A DNA stretch of 64,000 nt from a virus (lineage: Duplodnaviria > Heunggongvirae > Uroviricota > Caudoviricetes). Made by a program: the position numbers and the translations under genes. The DNA lies in the IMG/VR virus record IMGVR_UViG_3300044712_000123; one strand, written 5' to 3'. The notes below the pieces were generated by a model. The model made no database searches. It saw only the letters and a program-made list of their open reading frames with translations, and was not told where the DNA came from. Shown here in pieces: positions 44,099-53,025 of this stretch (position 1 is the stretch's first letter; every line of letters begins with the position of its first letter).

Positions 44099-44452
44099 AT
44101 GAGCATTCAACGCCCTATCTGTCAGAACTGCAATAAGAACTACTGTGCAGTCAATTACATCCGTGCAGGAATTACTCACTATCGCTCATCATGTGACGAG
44201 TGTGGTAGAAAGAAAAACAAATTGAAGCCCAGAAAGGCCAACTGGTCAAAGAGTGGATATAAGAAAAAAGCCACATGTGACTTATGTGGCTTTAAAAGTT
44301 TGTTTACTTCCCAGATCACAGTCTTTCATATTGACGGTGATCTAGAAAATACTCAACTAACTAATCTACGTAGTATTTGTTTAAACTGTGTAGAAGTCGT
44401 CAAGAAGAAGGAAGTAACTTGGCGAAGAGGTGACTTAACTGTTGATTACTGA
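44099..44452 (+). CDS. Cys-rich Zn-binding/HNH-like protein
   Basis: CQNC, CDEC, CDLC; HIDGDLENTQLTNLRSICLNC resembles an HNH motif; TAAATA at 44089-94. Confidence 0.65.
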   Translation: MSIQRPICQNCNKNYCAVNYIRAGITHYRSSCDECGRKKNKLKPRKANWSKSGYKKKATCDLCGFKSLFTSQITVFHIDGDLENTQLTNLRSICLNCVEVVKKKEVTWRRGDLTVDY

Positions 44453-45067
44453 TTGAATCTGCTTGTGTAGATCATCAATCGTTCCGTTGTTGTCAATATA
44501 AAAGTCGTAGTTTATACCTACTGAGCTATATTCGCTTGCATGAACACGATGACGATCTAGTTTCATTTTACTGATAGACCAATTCATGTTCCCTACTTCT
44601 CCTTTGTTGTAGGACACCGCAGCATCGTACCACTCAGGAGGTTGACCTCGGTTGACTCTCATCGTGACACCACCTACGTTCTTGATTGCATTAACTTCGT
44701 TCTCAAATCTACAGTCAGTAATAACGATGTTGTCTTTGGTTTGTCGTAGTTTGTTCTCTACACTAGCAACCCAGATATCTGTATGAAAATGATTTCTGAG
44801 TACGTCAGTGCCCCAGTATTGTAAAACCCATCGAGGTGTTACTTCCATCCCCAATCGTTCACTCCACCATACATCCTTCTGTTCACGCCATTCTCTGCTA
44901 GTCTTTGTTGAGCCCTCTAGCAATTCTCTGTCCCAACCAAACACGGCTGAAACTGCATCTTTGAGTGAAGATGCAAAACTCACACGTTTGAACCCGTGAA
45001 AGGTTGTCAAGTAATCAGCAACTGTATCTTTACCAGATCCAATAAAGCCTGTTACGCCTATAATCAT
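44435..45067 (-). CDS. Deoxynucleoside monophosphate kinase (T4 gp1-like)
   Basis: IIGVTGFIGSGKDTVA, SFASSLK, TPRWVLQYWGTD, VITDCRFENE, HASE. Confidence 0.9.
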   Translation of the reverse strand: MIIGVTGFIGSGKDTVADYLTTFHGFKRVSFASSLKDAVSAVFGWDRELLEGSTKTSREWREQKDVWWSERLGMEVTPRWVLQYWGTDVLRNHFHTDIWVASVENKLRQTKDNIVITDCRFENEVNAIKNVGGVTMRVNRGQPPEWYDAAVSYNKGEVGNMNWSISKMKLDRHRVHASEYSSVGINYDFYIDNNGTIDDLHKQIQSVINS

Positions 45068-45128
45068 GTGGAAACTCCTATCAGATACTTAGTATAAGAC
45101 AGGAGTGTGACAAAAGAAAGTGTTTAGG

Positions 45129-45914
45129 TTACCCTTGAATCCATGTTAGTGGTTGGCTGTAATCTACATAGTTCTTCAAGTCCAATAATAATTGTTCTTG
45201 TAATTGTTTAGCTTCTGCTTTCATAGCAGTACCGTTCAATGTAGTTCCACCACCTGGCCCTGCGATAGTACCAAACTTTTCACGTGCTTCACCGATGATG
45301 CCTTTAAGGGTAGCCAAAATATAGTCACCAATCCAAACACCTGCACCCGGGTCTTGTAATAGTACTTCTTCGGTACGCTGGACGTCAGCCCAAATAAGTA
45401 CCTGCTCACCTGTTGCTTTAGGATCACGAACAATACGTAATACCTTAGTGACAGGATCAAATGTATAGACTACATAGCCACCAAACATACGTGCTGCTAA
45501 TTCAACATAACCTGCATAGAAGTCGTATGTTGCCATACCACCAGCAAAGTTATAGTTCAATAGGTATGTATTTAAAATCGCGGAACTGAACGGATCAAAT
45601 GCACTGGATCCTGGACCAGTCTCTAATCCAATTGTGCGTCTATATAAACAACGGACGTTGATAAACTCTTGAGGTAGTGTATAAACATCTACGTTCTTTT
45701 CCACGGTGAATAATGTGTATGATTCCGCTGTGGCATTTTGAGCCCTTTGTCTATATAACTTGATTGTGTAGTTATATGCCGCTTCGAAATGTTCAGGGTC
45801 AATCTCAAGATCAACAATACCATCTCCTAAGCGGTATCGAATGTTCTTGTATAATTCCTGTTTCAATTCATCGAGGGTCATTCCATTCGGGGTAGATAAT
45901 ATATTTGCTGCCAT
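45129..45914 (-). CDS. Neck protein (gp13-like)
   Basis: IRYRLGDGIVDLEIDPEHF, LKGIIGEAREKF, PGGGTTLNGTAMKAEA; GATAAATA at 45932-39. Confidence 0.85.
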   Translation of the reverse strand: MAANILSTPNGMTLDELKQELYKNIRYRLGDGIVDLEIDPEHFEAAYNYTIKLYRQRAQNATAESYTLFTVEKNVDVYTLPQEFINVRCLYRRTIGLETGPGSSAFDPFSSAILNTYLLNYNFAGGMATYDFYAGYVELAARMFGGYVVYTFDPVTKVLRIVRDPKATGEQVLIWADVQRTEEVLLQDPGAGVWIGDYILATLKGIIGEAREKFGTIAGPGGGTTLNGTAMKAEAKQLQEQLLLDLKNYVDYSQPLTWIQG

Positions 45915-45964
45915 ATGTGTTCCTATGTGTATATTTATCTGGTCTATGTGAATTGATATTCTTA

Positions 45965-46309
45965 GGCAATGGCGAGTAGATATGATCTACTCAAACCAAA
46001 GGAACATTCTTGAGGCGTTCAGGCGATGATGAATTAAAAGATTACAGTGGAGGATTGTCTATGTCTCACCGACCCCGTGAAGGGACTTTTCCGTATTCGC
46101 TGTTAAAGTGTAGGTATATTCATCAGGATTCTACACACAGCCCAGGCCCTCTATCGCAATTACTTTGACCTGGCATACTATCAACTATTAAGATATGGGA
46201 AACGTTTCTACGCAGGGGGTAGACGTTTAAGCATCAAAGGGTAGTCCCATAAATGTGATGTTGGTCGTCATCATCTACCGTCACTGCACGTTGAGGACGG
46301 ATTATTGCC
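45965..46309. ncRNA. Candidate large structured ncRNA (unclassified; strand probably minus)
   Basis: ORF-free ~430-nt gap in an otherwise gene-dense genome; closing helix GGCAAT/ATTGCC encloses at least seven further helices (see findings). Confidence 0.55.
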
Positions 46310-46345
46310 ACAGTTCGAGGTCGTGGGTTACCTATTGACCAATAA

Positions 46346-46570
46346 TTATGTCAGCACATCAAAGATTGTGCCGTACTCGTATCTATTCCAGTTATCCATG
46401 TCAACATATGTGTTGATATTGCGTCGGTACACAGTAGTGAGCCAAACTCTTTTGCTGTGTACTTTGACTGGATACCACGCAAACCACTTTTTCCAAGGTC
46501 CGATGGTATGTTTTCTAGGAACAAATCCATAACTCGGGGGAGGTGGGGCAGGATGAAAATTCATTACCAT
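46346..46570 (-). CDS. Small Trp-rich hypothetical protein
   Basis: Likely start 46570 or 46564; WKKWFAWYPVKV..RVWLTTVYRR motif. Confidence 0.6.
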   Translation of the reverse strand: MVMNFHPAPPPPSYGFVPRKHTIGPWKKWFAWYPVKVHSKRVWLTTVYRRNINTYVDMDNWNRYEYGTIFDVLT

Positions 46571-46571
46571 A

Positions 46572-46796
46572 TCATTCTTTGATCTTGAAAACCAAGAACA
46601 AGTCTTTGAGTGGATGATTCCACGGATCAGTGACACCGAATGCCAGGTGACCAAATCTTGTATCACCGTCAACTTTATCTATGTCTTTTTTAGATGTAGT
46701 TCCGTCGATGCAAGTAAGTTCAAATCCGTAGGGTAGTTGTTCATACTCCTCTGGAGTAAACAAATACAGATTAGTTTCTTTACTCCAGAGTTGCAT
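46572..46796 (-). CDS. Hypothetical protein
   Basis: Likely start 46796 (MQLWSKE), just after the MazG stop; LFTPEEYEQLP..DGDTRFGHLAFG. Confidence 0.6.
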   Translation of the reverse strand: MQLWSKETNLYLFTPEEYEQLPYGFELTCIDGTTSKKDIDKVDGDTRFGHLAFGVTDPWNHPLKDLFLVFKIKE

Positions 46797-46797
46797 T

Positions 46798-47235
46798 TTA
46801 GATATCGCCTTCTTTGCGATTCTCTGAATAGTGGGCATTGAATGTGCCACCGGGATAACGTGATTCTAATTTACGCACGTTTTCGTCAATGACTTCGTTA
46901 GGGTCAATGTTCAATGCACGACATGCATTAATCCAGTACCACATAACGTCACCAAGTTCACGCTTCAAGTGAAAGACTTCGGCATCAGTCAATGGCTTGC
47001 CTTGAAAGATGATCTTCTTGGGCACTTCAATGAATTCACCGGACTCTGCTGCCAAGCCGAAACATGCGGTCATCAACAATGCAATGTTGACTTTGGGACC
47101 TTGTGTATCAGTTGCTGGATCAAAGTTGTGATTCAATTCATCAAGGCGATCATGTAGAGTAGCCAAGTCATTGCTTGCTTTGCTGGTTACAGCCTCTACG
47201 AATTGTTTGTATTTGTTTAGATCGATATTGCTCAT
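46798..47235 (-). CDS. mazG: MazG-like NTP pyrophosphohydrolase
   Basis: GLAAESGEFIE..KK, LKRELGDVMWY, NVRKLESRYP. Confidence 0.88.
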   Translation of the reverse strand: MSNIDLNKYKQFVEAVTSKASNDLATLHDRLDELNHNFDPATDTQGPKVNIALLMTACFGLAAESGEFIEVPKKIIFQGKPLTDAEVFHLKRELGDVMWYWINACRALNIDPNEVIDENVRKLESRYPGGTFNAHYSENRKEGDI

Positions 47236-47544
47236 TTATTTCCATAGTTTAAGTAATGAAACAAACTCAGGATAGTCTGTTTCGGGTCTGGGTGATAGCA
47301 CGATTGCTACCTCTTTGCCGTCCAGTCGGCTTTCAGTCACAATGATATTATCGCTTACTTCCTTCAGCATTGCAAACTCTGCGGGCGTAACAGCGCAAGT
47401 AACTTTCTTGAAACTCTTTTTGAGCCAAGTTTCATAGTGCTCCTTACATTCATATTGCAAATGACACATCAATCCTGCATGTGCCGCAGAGTTCATTGCG
47501 ATACCCACTGGGATATCGTCTTTAATGCAAATATACATCTTCAT
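47236..47544 (-). CDS. Peptidyl-tRNA hydrolase PTH2-like protein
   Basis: MYICIKDD..GIAMNSAAHAG, TWLKKSFKKVTC, TES, PRP match the PTH2 layout. Confidence 0.7.
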   Translation of the reverse strand: MKMYICIKDDIPVGIAMNSAAHAGLMCHLQYECKEHYETWLKKSFKKVTCAVTPAEFAMLKEVSDNIIVTESRLDGKEVAIVLSPRPETDYPEFVSLLKLWK

Positions 47545-47897
47545 TCTTTAGTTCCTCTAGTTCTTACTGTTCGCAAAATTCTATCTACATTATCCACTGG
47601 AGGTTCTTCAACTCCGAAATGTTGTTTAATCTTATCTACAATTTGTTGGCTTTGCTGTATTCTTGCTCTATTCCAATTGGCATCATGTTCATTGAACACT
47701 ACCATATCCTCAACATACTTTTTCTGCCCATCTGCAATATTCATACATTCTCGAACAATCAACTCGGCGAACTTGGTATCACGGTCTTGATTATACTTGT
47801 TCTCATTTACTGGGCGACCATATGAATTTTCTCCTGGATTTTGTTCATACGCATAGCGACATGCTTCATTCAAAAGTTCTAGTATTCGTTTGTTCAT
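47541..47897 (-). CDS. Hypothetical phage protein
   Basis: MNKRILEL..KFAELIVREC..IKQHFGVEE pattern; coupled to neighbours. Confidence 0.65.
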   Translation of the reverse strand: MNKRILELLNEACRYAYEQNPGENSYGRPVNENKYNQDRDTKFAELIVRECMNIADGQKKYVEDMVVFNEHDANWNRARIQQSQQIVDKIKQHFGVEEPPVDNVDRILRTVRTRGTKE

Positions 47898-49084
47898 TAG
47901 AATGCTTTCAGTAGAATCATAGCTTCGTTGAAACGACCGTTAGGGGTAGTCGCAACTGCTTTGATATCAGTAAAGTACTTACGAGCCGCGGGCTTACTAC
48001 CCATAATTTCTTTGATTTGCTCACCGGGCTTACGCAGTGTCTTAACCTCACTCTTTGCAGTATCAAAGCCGAGCAAAGTATTGCCCTTAACAGTGAAACT
48101 CTTAGAGTATTCATCAGCAAGGTAGTGATGCAGTTTGCGCTTTGCAGTGTCATAGACCCATGCTTCGCTTGCACCATGCAGTTTTACAGGACTGATAGAC
48201 ACCAAGTCAAGTTTTGCGGCAGTATCTTTGAATGTCTTCAAGTACTTCAACTTGGCCACGATCTTTTCAACGGGCACAGCCTTACGTTGACGAGGAGCCT
48301 TGCTTGCTTTCTTGACTGAAATGTATGCGTTCAAGTCAGTGAGAACTTGGTCAATAAATTTGAGAGTGTTTCGTACTTGAATTTTAGTGAGGTGACTATA
48401 ACCCTCGACCAATTGCTTGTCTTTGCCTTCTTGCAATTCTGTAAATTCAGCTTGTTTTTTCTTCCAAACATCAGAAATCAATCCAATGTGTTGTGGCATC
48501 ACGTTGCATCGTGCAACAAGATCCATTGTCTTTGTCTTTGTCTTGCCCTCAGTGATGAATTCATCGAACACCCCTTCAAGCTCACCTGCGGCATCTTTTG
48601 CTTTGTCTCGCAATATTTCTTGAATGTTTGGACGAGCAGCCTCAACTACTACAACTTCTTTCTTTGCACCACCAGTGGCACTGGCTTCTTTGAATTCAGG
48701 TGCAGTGTGGGTCTTCAACAACCGAGTAATTTCTTCCTCAAGTTTGGTTTCTTCATCTACGGTAGTCTCAAGACCACGCAATTTCATTCGTGCGAGCCAG
48801 CAGTAAGTGTTGACAAACTCACCGTCTGCAACTTTTCGCATTGTTTTAGCTTCTTGGACACGACCAGTGAAGTCTAGGAACTGACACATCAGTTCTTTTG
48901 CATCTTTCTTACCATAAAACCAGTTGTACCAAGAGAAACCAGCAGAAAGGGAAGAGATACGACTATCACTTTCAGGCTGAATAACGTACAGAGGTTCCTC
49001 ACCCATGTACTTAGTGTCTGGGTTTTTTGGGTTCAGTGCTTTGACCTGAGAATGGTCTTCTGAATTGCGTTTGCGTGTAGCCAT
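47897..49084 (-). CDS. Hypothetical protein (early gene)
   Basis: 395 aa, Lys-rich; AAGGAG RBS and consensus sigma70 promoter upstream. Confidence 0.7.
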   Translation of the reverse strand: MATRKRNSEDHSQVKALNPKNPDTKYMGEEPLYVIQPESDSRISSLSAGFSWYNWFYGKKDAKELMCQFLDFTGRVQEAKTMRKVADGEFVNTYCWLARMKLRGLETTVDEETKLEEEITRLLKTHTAPEFKEASATGGAKKEVVVVEAARPNIQEILRDKAKDAAGELEGVFDEFITEGKTKTKTMDLVARCNVMPQHIGLISDVWKKKQAEFTELQEGKDKQLVEGYSHLTKIQVRNTLKFIDQVLTDLNAYISVKKASKAPRQRKAVPVEKIVAKLKYLKTFKDTAAKLDLVSISPVKLHGASEAWVYDTAKRKLHHYLADEYSKSFTVKGNTLLGFDTAKSEVKTLRKPGEQIKEIMGSKPAARKYFTDIKAVATTPNGRFNEAMILLKAF

Positions 49085-49111
49085 GAGGTGCTCCTTTACA
49101 TTGATTTATCA

Positions 49112-49140
49112 AGTATAACACATGCTCGATTTATTGTCAA
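49112..49140 (-). promoter_or_regulatory. Sigma70 (early) promoter TTGACA-N17-TATACT
   Basis: tgtcaa at 49135-40 and agtata at 49112-17 on +; exact 17-nt spacer. Confidence 0.85.
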
Positions 49141-49159
49141 GTTCTTGGGTGTTGAGCGA

Positions 49160-49165
49160 TAAATA
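49160..49165 (+). promoter_or_regulatory. Putative late promoter (GA)TAAATA
   Basis: 5 nt upstream of ATG 49171; no SD, so a near-leaderless transcript. Confidence 0.6.
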
Positions 49166-49170
49166 AGTAT

Positions 49171-50874
49171 ATGCCAAGATTATCCCTTTACCGCCCAAAT
49201 AAGCAAAACGATTACCGTTTTTTGGATAGAACCATATCCGAACAATTCACTGTGGGTGGGACAGACTTGTACATTCACAAATATCTAGGTCCTAATACTG
49301 GTCCTTCAATTGATTATACTCAACCAGAATACGCTAATGAAAGCCCAACAAATATTCAAGATTTGTTATTCTTAGAAAACCGTGATAGAAAGTATGATAC
49401 TAATATCTATCGTTTACGTGGACATTATAATGTACAGAACTTAGACTTTGATTTGAGTCAGTTTGGACTTTTCTTAAACAACGACATTATCTTTATTACT
49501 ATCCATTATAATGATATGATTGACTTAGTTGGTCGTAAGTTAATGGTTGGTGATGTATTAGAACTACCCCATTTACTTGATTATAATCCACTAGACGAAA
49601 AGATTCCAACCGCATTGAAACGTTTCTACCAAATCACTGATAGTAATTATGCGAGTGAAGGCTTTACACAAACTTGGTATCCTCACTTGTGGCGAATCAA
49701 ATGTGAGCCGTTAGTAGATAGTCAAGAATTCAGTCAGATTCTTTCTGAACCTGTACAACAAGACAACTATCTTGGTTTATGGGATGCGACAAAGACATAT
49801 CCTGCAGGTTACACAATCACATACGGTGACAAGATTTACAAGACTACTCAGGATGTACCTGTAGGTATTACTCCACCTGATCCTGCATATTTTGAATTAG
49901 TAACCGATGGAAGTTTGAGTGATATCTTGGCTACATACAATAAGAATATTAAAATTAACGATGCTGCATTACAAGAAGCACAACGTCAATTGCCTAAATC
50001 TGGCTACGATAGAAGCAAGTTGTACATTGTCCCTACATACGGTGAGTTCTCAACGAACAACACGTTGTCAGGAAAGTACAATCAGCCTGCACCACCTGTA
50101 AATGTCAATACGAGTGTAGGTGGCGGACCAATTGCTGCTGGACAAGTAGTAATGGTTCAAAACAATAACTTTGTAAATGCTAGTCCTGCAATTAGAATAC
50201 CGAGAGAAGTGGCAATGAGCATTTGGGATATGACTGCTGACGCTGATATCAATCAAATCACTGCCTTCAGTACAGTCAACATTGAGTCAGCGATGATCGC
50301 TCCTACGATGATCGGAAACGGAAGCGGTGCTCTCGAAGGGACTCCTGTACTAAGTGTATTTTCTATGGGACAAATCACTGGCCCTTATGGTACTGCTGAC
50401 AATACATACGCTACTGCCGACCAAGATCCTGAGGCAACTGGGTTCACCGGTGACATTACACAAGAAATGGACTATCGTGCAGACTGCGATCCCGCATATC
50501 AATTTATTGTACGCTCAAGTCCACGCACATTTGGCTATACTACTGGATATCTAGATGGCACAGGCGAAGCACCAAACGGATACCCTACAGGTGCTGGTAT
50601 TGCATTCCCGCAGAATCCACAAGTTGGAGATTACTTCTTACGCATCGATTACTTCCCACAATTGTTATATCGCTGGGATGGTCAACTTTGGGTTCGTATC
50701 TCTGCTAACGTTAGAACAGAGACTGGCTTTGCTACGACAGAAGCTACACAAACAACTAGCTTCATAAATAACACTAACGAAACTCAACTAACTGACGGTA
50801 CATTTGTACCACAAGCACAACCTCTATCAGGTATCTTACAGCTTGCACCCGATCCACTACCACCGGTAACTTAA
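49171..50874 (+). CDS. Neck protein (gp14-like) with C-terminal extension
   Basis: DLLFLENRDRKYD, YNVQNLDFDLSQFGLFL, VGRKLMVGDVLELP, YPHLWRIKCE; precedes the gp15-like gene. Confidence 0.75.
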   Translation: MPRLSLYRPNKQNDYRFLDRTISEQFTVGGTDLYIHKYLGPNTGPSIDYTQPEYANESPTNIQDLLFLENRDRKYDTNIYRLRGHYNVQNLDFDLSQFGLFLNNDIIFITIHYNDMIDLVGRKLMVGDVLELPHLLDYNPLDEKIPTALKRFYQITDSNYASEGFTQTWYPHLWRIKCEPLVDSQEFSQILSEPVQQDNYLGLWDATKTYPAGYTITYGDKIYKTTQDVPVGITPPDPAYFELVTDGSLSDILATYNKNIKINDAALQEAQRQLPKSGYDRSKLYIVPTYGEFSTNNTLSGKYNQPAPPVNVNTSVGGGPIAAGQVVMVQNNNFVNASPAIRIPREVAMSIWDMTADADINQITAFSTVNIESAMIAPTMIGNGSGALEGTPVLSVFSMGQITGPYGTADNTYATADQDPEATGFTGDITQEMDYRADCDPAYQFIVRSSPRTFGYTTGYLDGTGEAPNGYPTGAGIAFPQNPQVGDYFLRIDYFPQLLYRWDGQLWVRISANVRTETGFATTEATQTTSFINNTNETQLTDGTFVPQAQPLSGILQLAPDPLPPVT

Positions 50875-50877
50875 CAC

Positions 50878-52254
50878 ATGGCACAATTTTTCTACGACAA
50901 TCAAGTACGCAGATTCTTAATTCAATTTGCAAAAATCTTTAGTAACTGGCAAGTTACTAAAGGCAAAGATCCTGCAGGCAATGATATCTTAGTTCGTGTA
51001 CCAATCATGTACGGTGATTCAAGTCGTCAAGCAGCAACTATCATTGCTAACAACAGTGCTAGTAATTTACCTTCAGCACCTTTGATTACATATTATATCA
51101 CTGGTCTAGAATACGATCAGCGTAGAACACAAGATCCTACATTCATTGATAAAGTGAATGTTAGACAAAGAACATACAATCCTGACACTCAACAATATGA
51201 ACAGACCCAAGGTCAAGCATTTACTATTGAACGTTTGATGCCAGTTCCATACACACTGAGATTGAGTGTTGACTTTTGGACAACTAACTATAATCAGAAA
51301 CTAGAGATCATAGAACAGTTAGGAACATTGTTCAACCCATCATTAGAAATTCAATCAACTGACAACTTCATTGACTGGACATCACTATCGGTCGTCTACC
51401 AAGACGGACTAACCTTCAGTAGTAGAACTATCCCTCAGGGCACTGCTAACCCAATCGATGTGATGACTTGGAAATTCTATATCCCAATCTGGTTGAGTAC
51501 ATCAAGTAAGTTGAAGAAGCTAGGTGTTATCGAGAAAGTTATTGCAAGTATCTACAAAGGTACTGCACTACAAGACATTCAGAATGATGATCTATTGTTA
51601 GGTACTAGACAAAAGATTACACCCTATGGTTACAAGTTGTTATTGATTGGAAACAGTCTACAATTGTTACCAGCTAATGAAGCATTCTATCCACCTAACG
51701 AGGACCTCTCTGCACCCCCAGCTCCTAATACTGACTTGTATTGGTCTAGTTTACTAAACGTATACGGCACAGTTAGACCGGGTATCAGTCAAATCTGGCT
51801 ACAGAACCCGTTCATGGATACTGAAATCGTAGGTACTATAGTTCCTAATCCAACTGATGACAGATTATTAATATTCAACATCGACCCTGATACACTGCCG
51901 CAGAACACACTCGATCCAGTTGATAGCGTAATCAATCCATTGACTTCGAGTCCAAATGCAGGACTACCTGGACCTGTTAACGGTCGAAGATATTTAATTG
52001 TAGAGAACGTAGGCTCAGCAGGCAGCCCAACAGAAGCATGGGGAAACTTAGTAGCTAACGCTAATGACATTATTGAATATAGTTCAGCCGACAATTCTTG
52101 GTTCGTATCTTTCAATAGCTCTATTGTGCCACCGACGACAGTTGAATATGTTACTAATTTGACTACTCAGATTCAATATCGATATACTCAAGGCACATGG
52201 ATGAAGTCGTATGAGGGTTGGTACGATCAGGGAGATTATTCTATTGTGATTTAA
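50878..52254 (+). CDS. Tail terminator / sheath stabiliser (gp15-like)
   Basis: FFYDNQVRRFLIQFAKIFSN, VRVPIMYG, PVPYTLRLSVDFWT..QKLEIIEQLGTLFNP. Confidence 0.85.
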   Translation: MAQFFYDNQVRRFLIQFAKIFSNWQVTKGKDPAGNDILVRVPIMYGDSSRQAATIIANNSASNLPSAPLITYYITGLEYDQRRTQDPTFIDKVNVRQRTYNPDTQQYEQTQGQAFTIERLMPVPYTLRLSVDFWTTNYNQKLEIIEQLGTLFNPSLEIQSTDNFIDWTSLSVVYQDGLTFSSRTIPQGTANPIDVMTWKFYIPIWLSTSSKLKKLGVIEKVIASIYKGTALQDIQNDDLLLGTRQKITPYGYKLLLIGNSLQLLPANEAFYPPNEDLSAPPAPNTDLYWSSLLNVYGTVRPGISQIWLQNPFMDTEIVGTIVPNPTDDRLLIFNIDPDTLPQNTLDPVDSVINPLTSSPNAGLPGPVNGRRYLIVENVGSAGSPTEAWGNLVANANDIIEYSSADNSWFVSFNSSIVPPTTVEYVTNLTTQIQYRYTQGTWMKSYEGWYDQGDYSIVI

Positions 52255-52271
52255 TTAAGATAAATCATAGT

Positions 52272-52688
52272 ATGAACAACACAAGTGCAGGCGTATTCTT
52301 CTACTGCAAACACACCAAACGATATCTATATCTACTACGCACGGATCCTAAGAATCCGAGCAACTGGGGTATTCCTGGTGGCAAAGTAGAAGAAAATGAA
52401 ACTCTACTTGAGGGGATTGCAAGAGAGTGTGAAGAAGAAATGGGAATGTTTCCCGAAGAAGCAAAACTAGTTCCGATTCAGAAATTTGTCAATCACACAT
52501 TCACATACCATACGTTCTTTTGTGCAGTCGATTCAGAGTTTGCACCTACATTGAACGATGAGCATTGTGGATATGCATGGGTTGGTGAAGGACAATATCC
52601 TAAACCATTACACCCGGGATTATTTAGTACAGTGAACTTTGATGTAGTTCAAGAGAAATTGAAAGCACTAACGAAAAAGGGGACCTAA
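52272..52688 (+). CDS. Nudix hydrolase
   Basis: Likely start 52272. Nudix box GGKVEENETLLEGIARECEEEMG; LNDEHCGYAW. Confidence 0.9.
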   Translation: MNNTSAGVFFYCKHTKRYLYLLRTDPKNPSNWGIPGGKVEENETLLEGIARECEEEMGMFPEEAKLVPIQKFVNHTFTYHTFFCAVDSEFAPTLNDEHCGYAWVGEGQYPKPLHPGLFSTVNFDVVQEKLKALTKKGT

Positions 52689-52699
52689 GTCCCCTTTTT
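52674..52699. terminator. Bidirectional Rho-independent terminator
   Basis: AAAAAGGGGAC-CTAA-GTCCCCTTTTT between convergent genes. Confidence 0.9.
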
Positions 52700-53019
52700 T
52701 ATTTTAGCAGTGAGCCTAGAACATTGTGTCCTAGGGCACCGAGTGCTATACCTGCCCCCATCATCATCCAACGCCATTTTTCAAGTGAATTGATTTTGTC
52801 GTTCATGCCTTTGTGAGCAGTAGAGCTAGATTCCTTCATTTCTTTGAGCATCTTCTGATTTTCTTCAGCGTGATTCTCGATAGTCTTACGAAGGTCTCTT
52901 ACATCGTCTTTAATCTCCCCGACCTTGTCTTCAATATTTTGGACTTGGACTTGGAGAACAGCAACATCAGTTGCTGTCTGAGTAGATTTAAGTGCTCTTG
53001 CGGCTGGCATAATCTTCAA
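52699..53019 (-). CDS. Coiled-coil protein with C-terminal TM helix (XhlA/holin-like)
   Basis: Heptad VAVLQVQVQNIEDKV..LEKWRWMMMGAGIALGAL. Confidence 0.55.
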   Translation of the reverse strand: MKIMPAARALKSTQTATDVAVLQVQVQNIEDKVGEIKDDVRDLRKTIENHAEENQKMLKEMKESSSTAHKGMNDKINSLEKWRWMMMGAGIALGALGHNVLGSLLK

Positions 53020-53025
53020 TTACTA

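Noticed and set aside
45080-45110. Possible sigma70 promoter for the dNMP kinase
   Set aside because: A TATACT -10 is present, but the best -35 (TTGTCA) is only 11 nt away; not supported as a canonical promoter.
45965-46345. RNase P / tmRNA / group I intron identity for the structured gap
   Set aside because: Short look-alike words on the minus strand (GGAAAAGTCC, GCCAGG..CCTGG, AACCCACGACC) occur in the wrong order for RNase P. There are no tmRNA acceptor ends, and it interrupts no gene.
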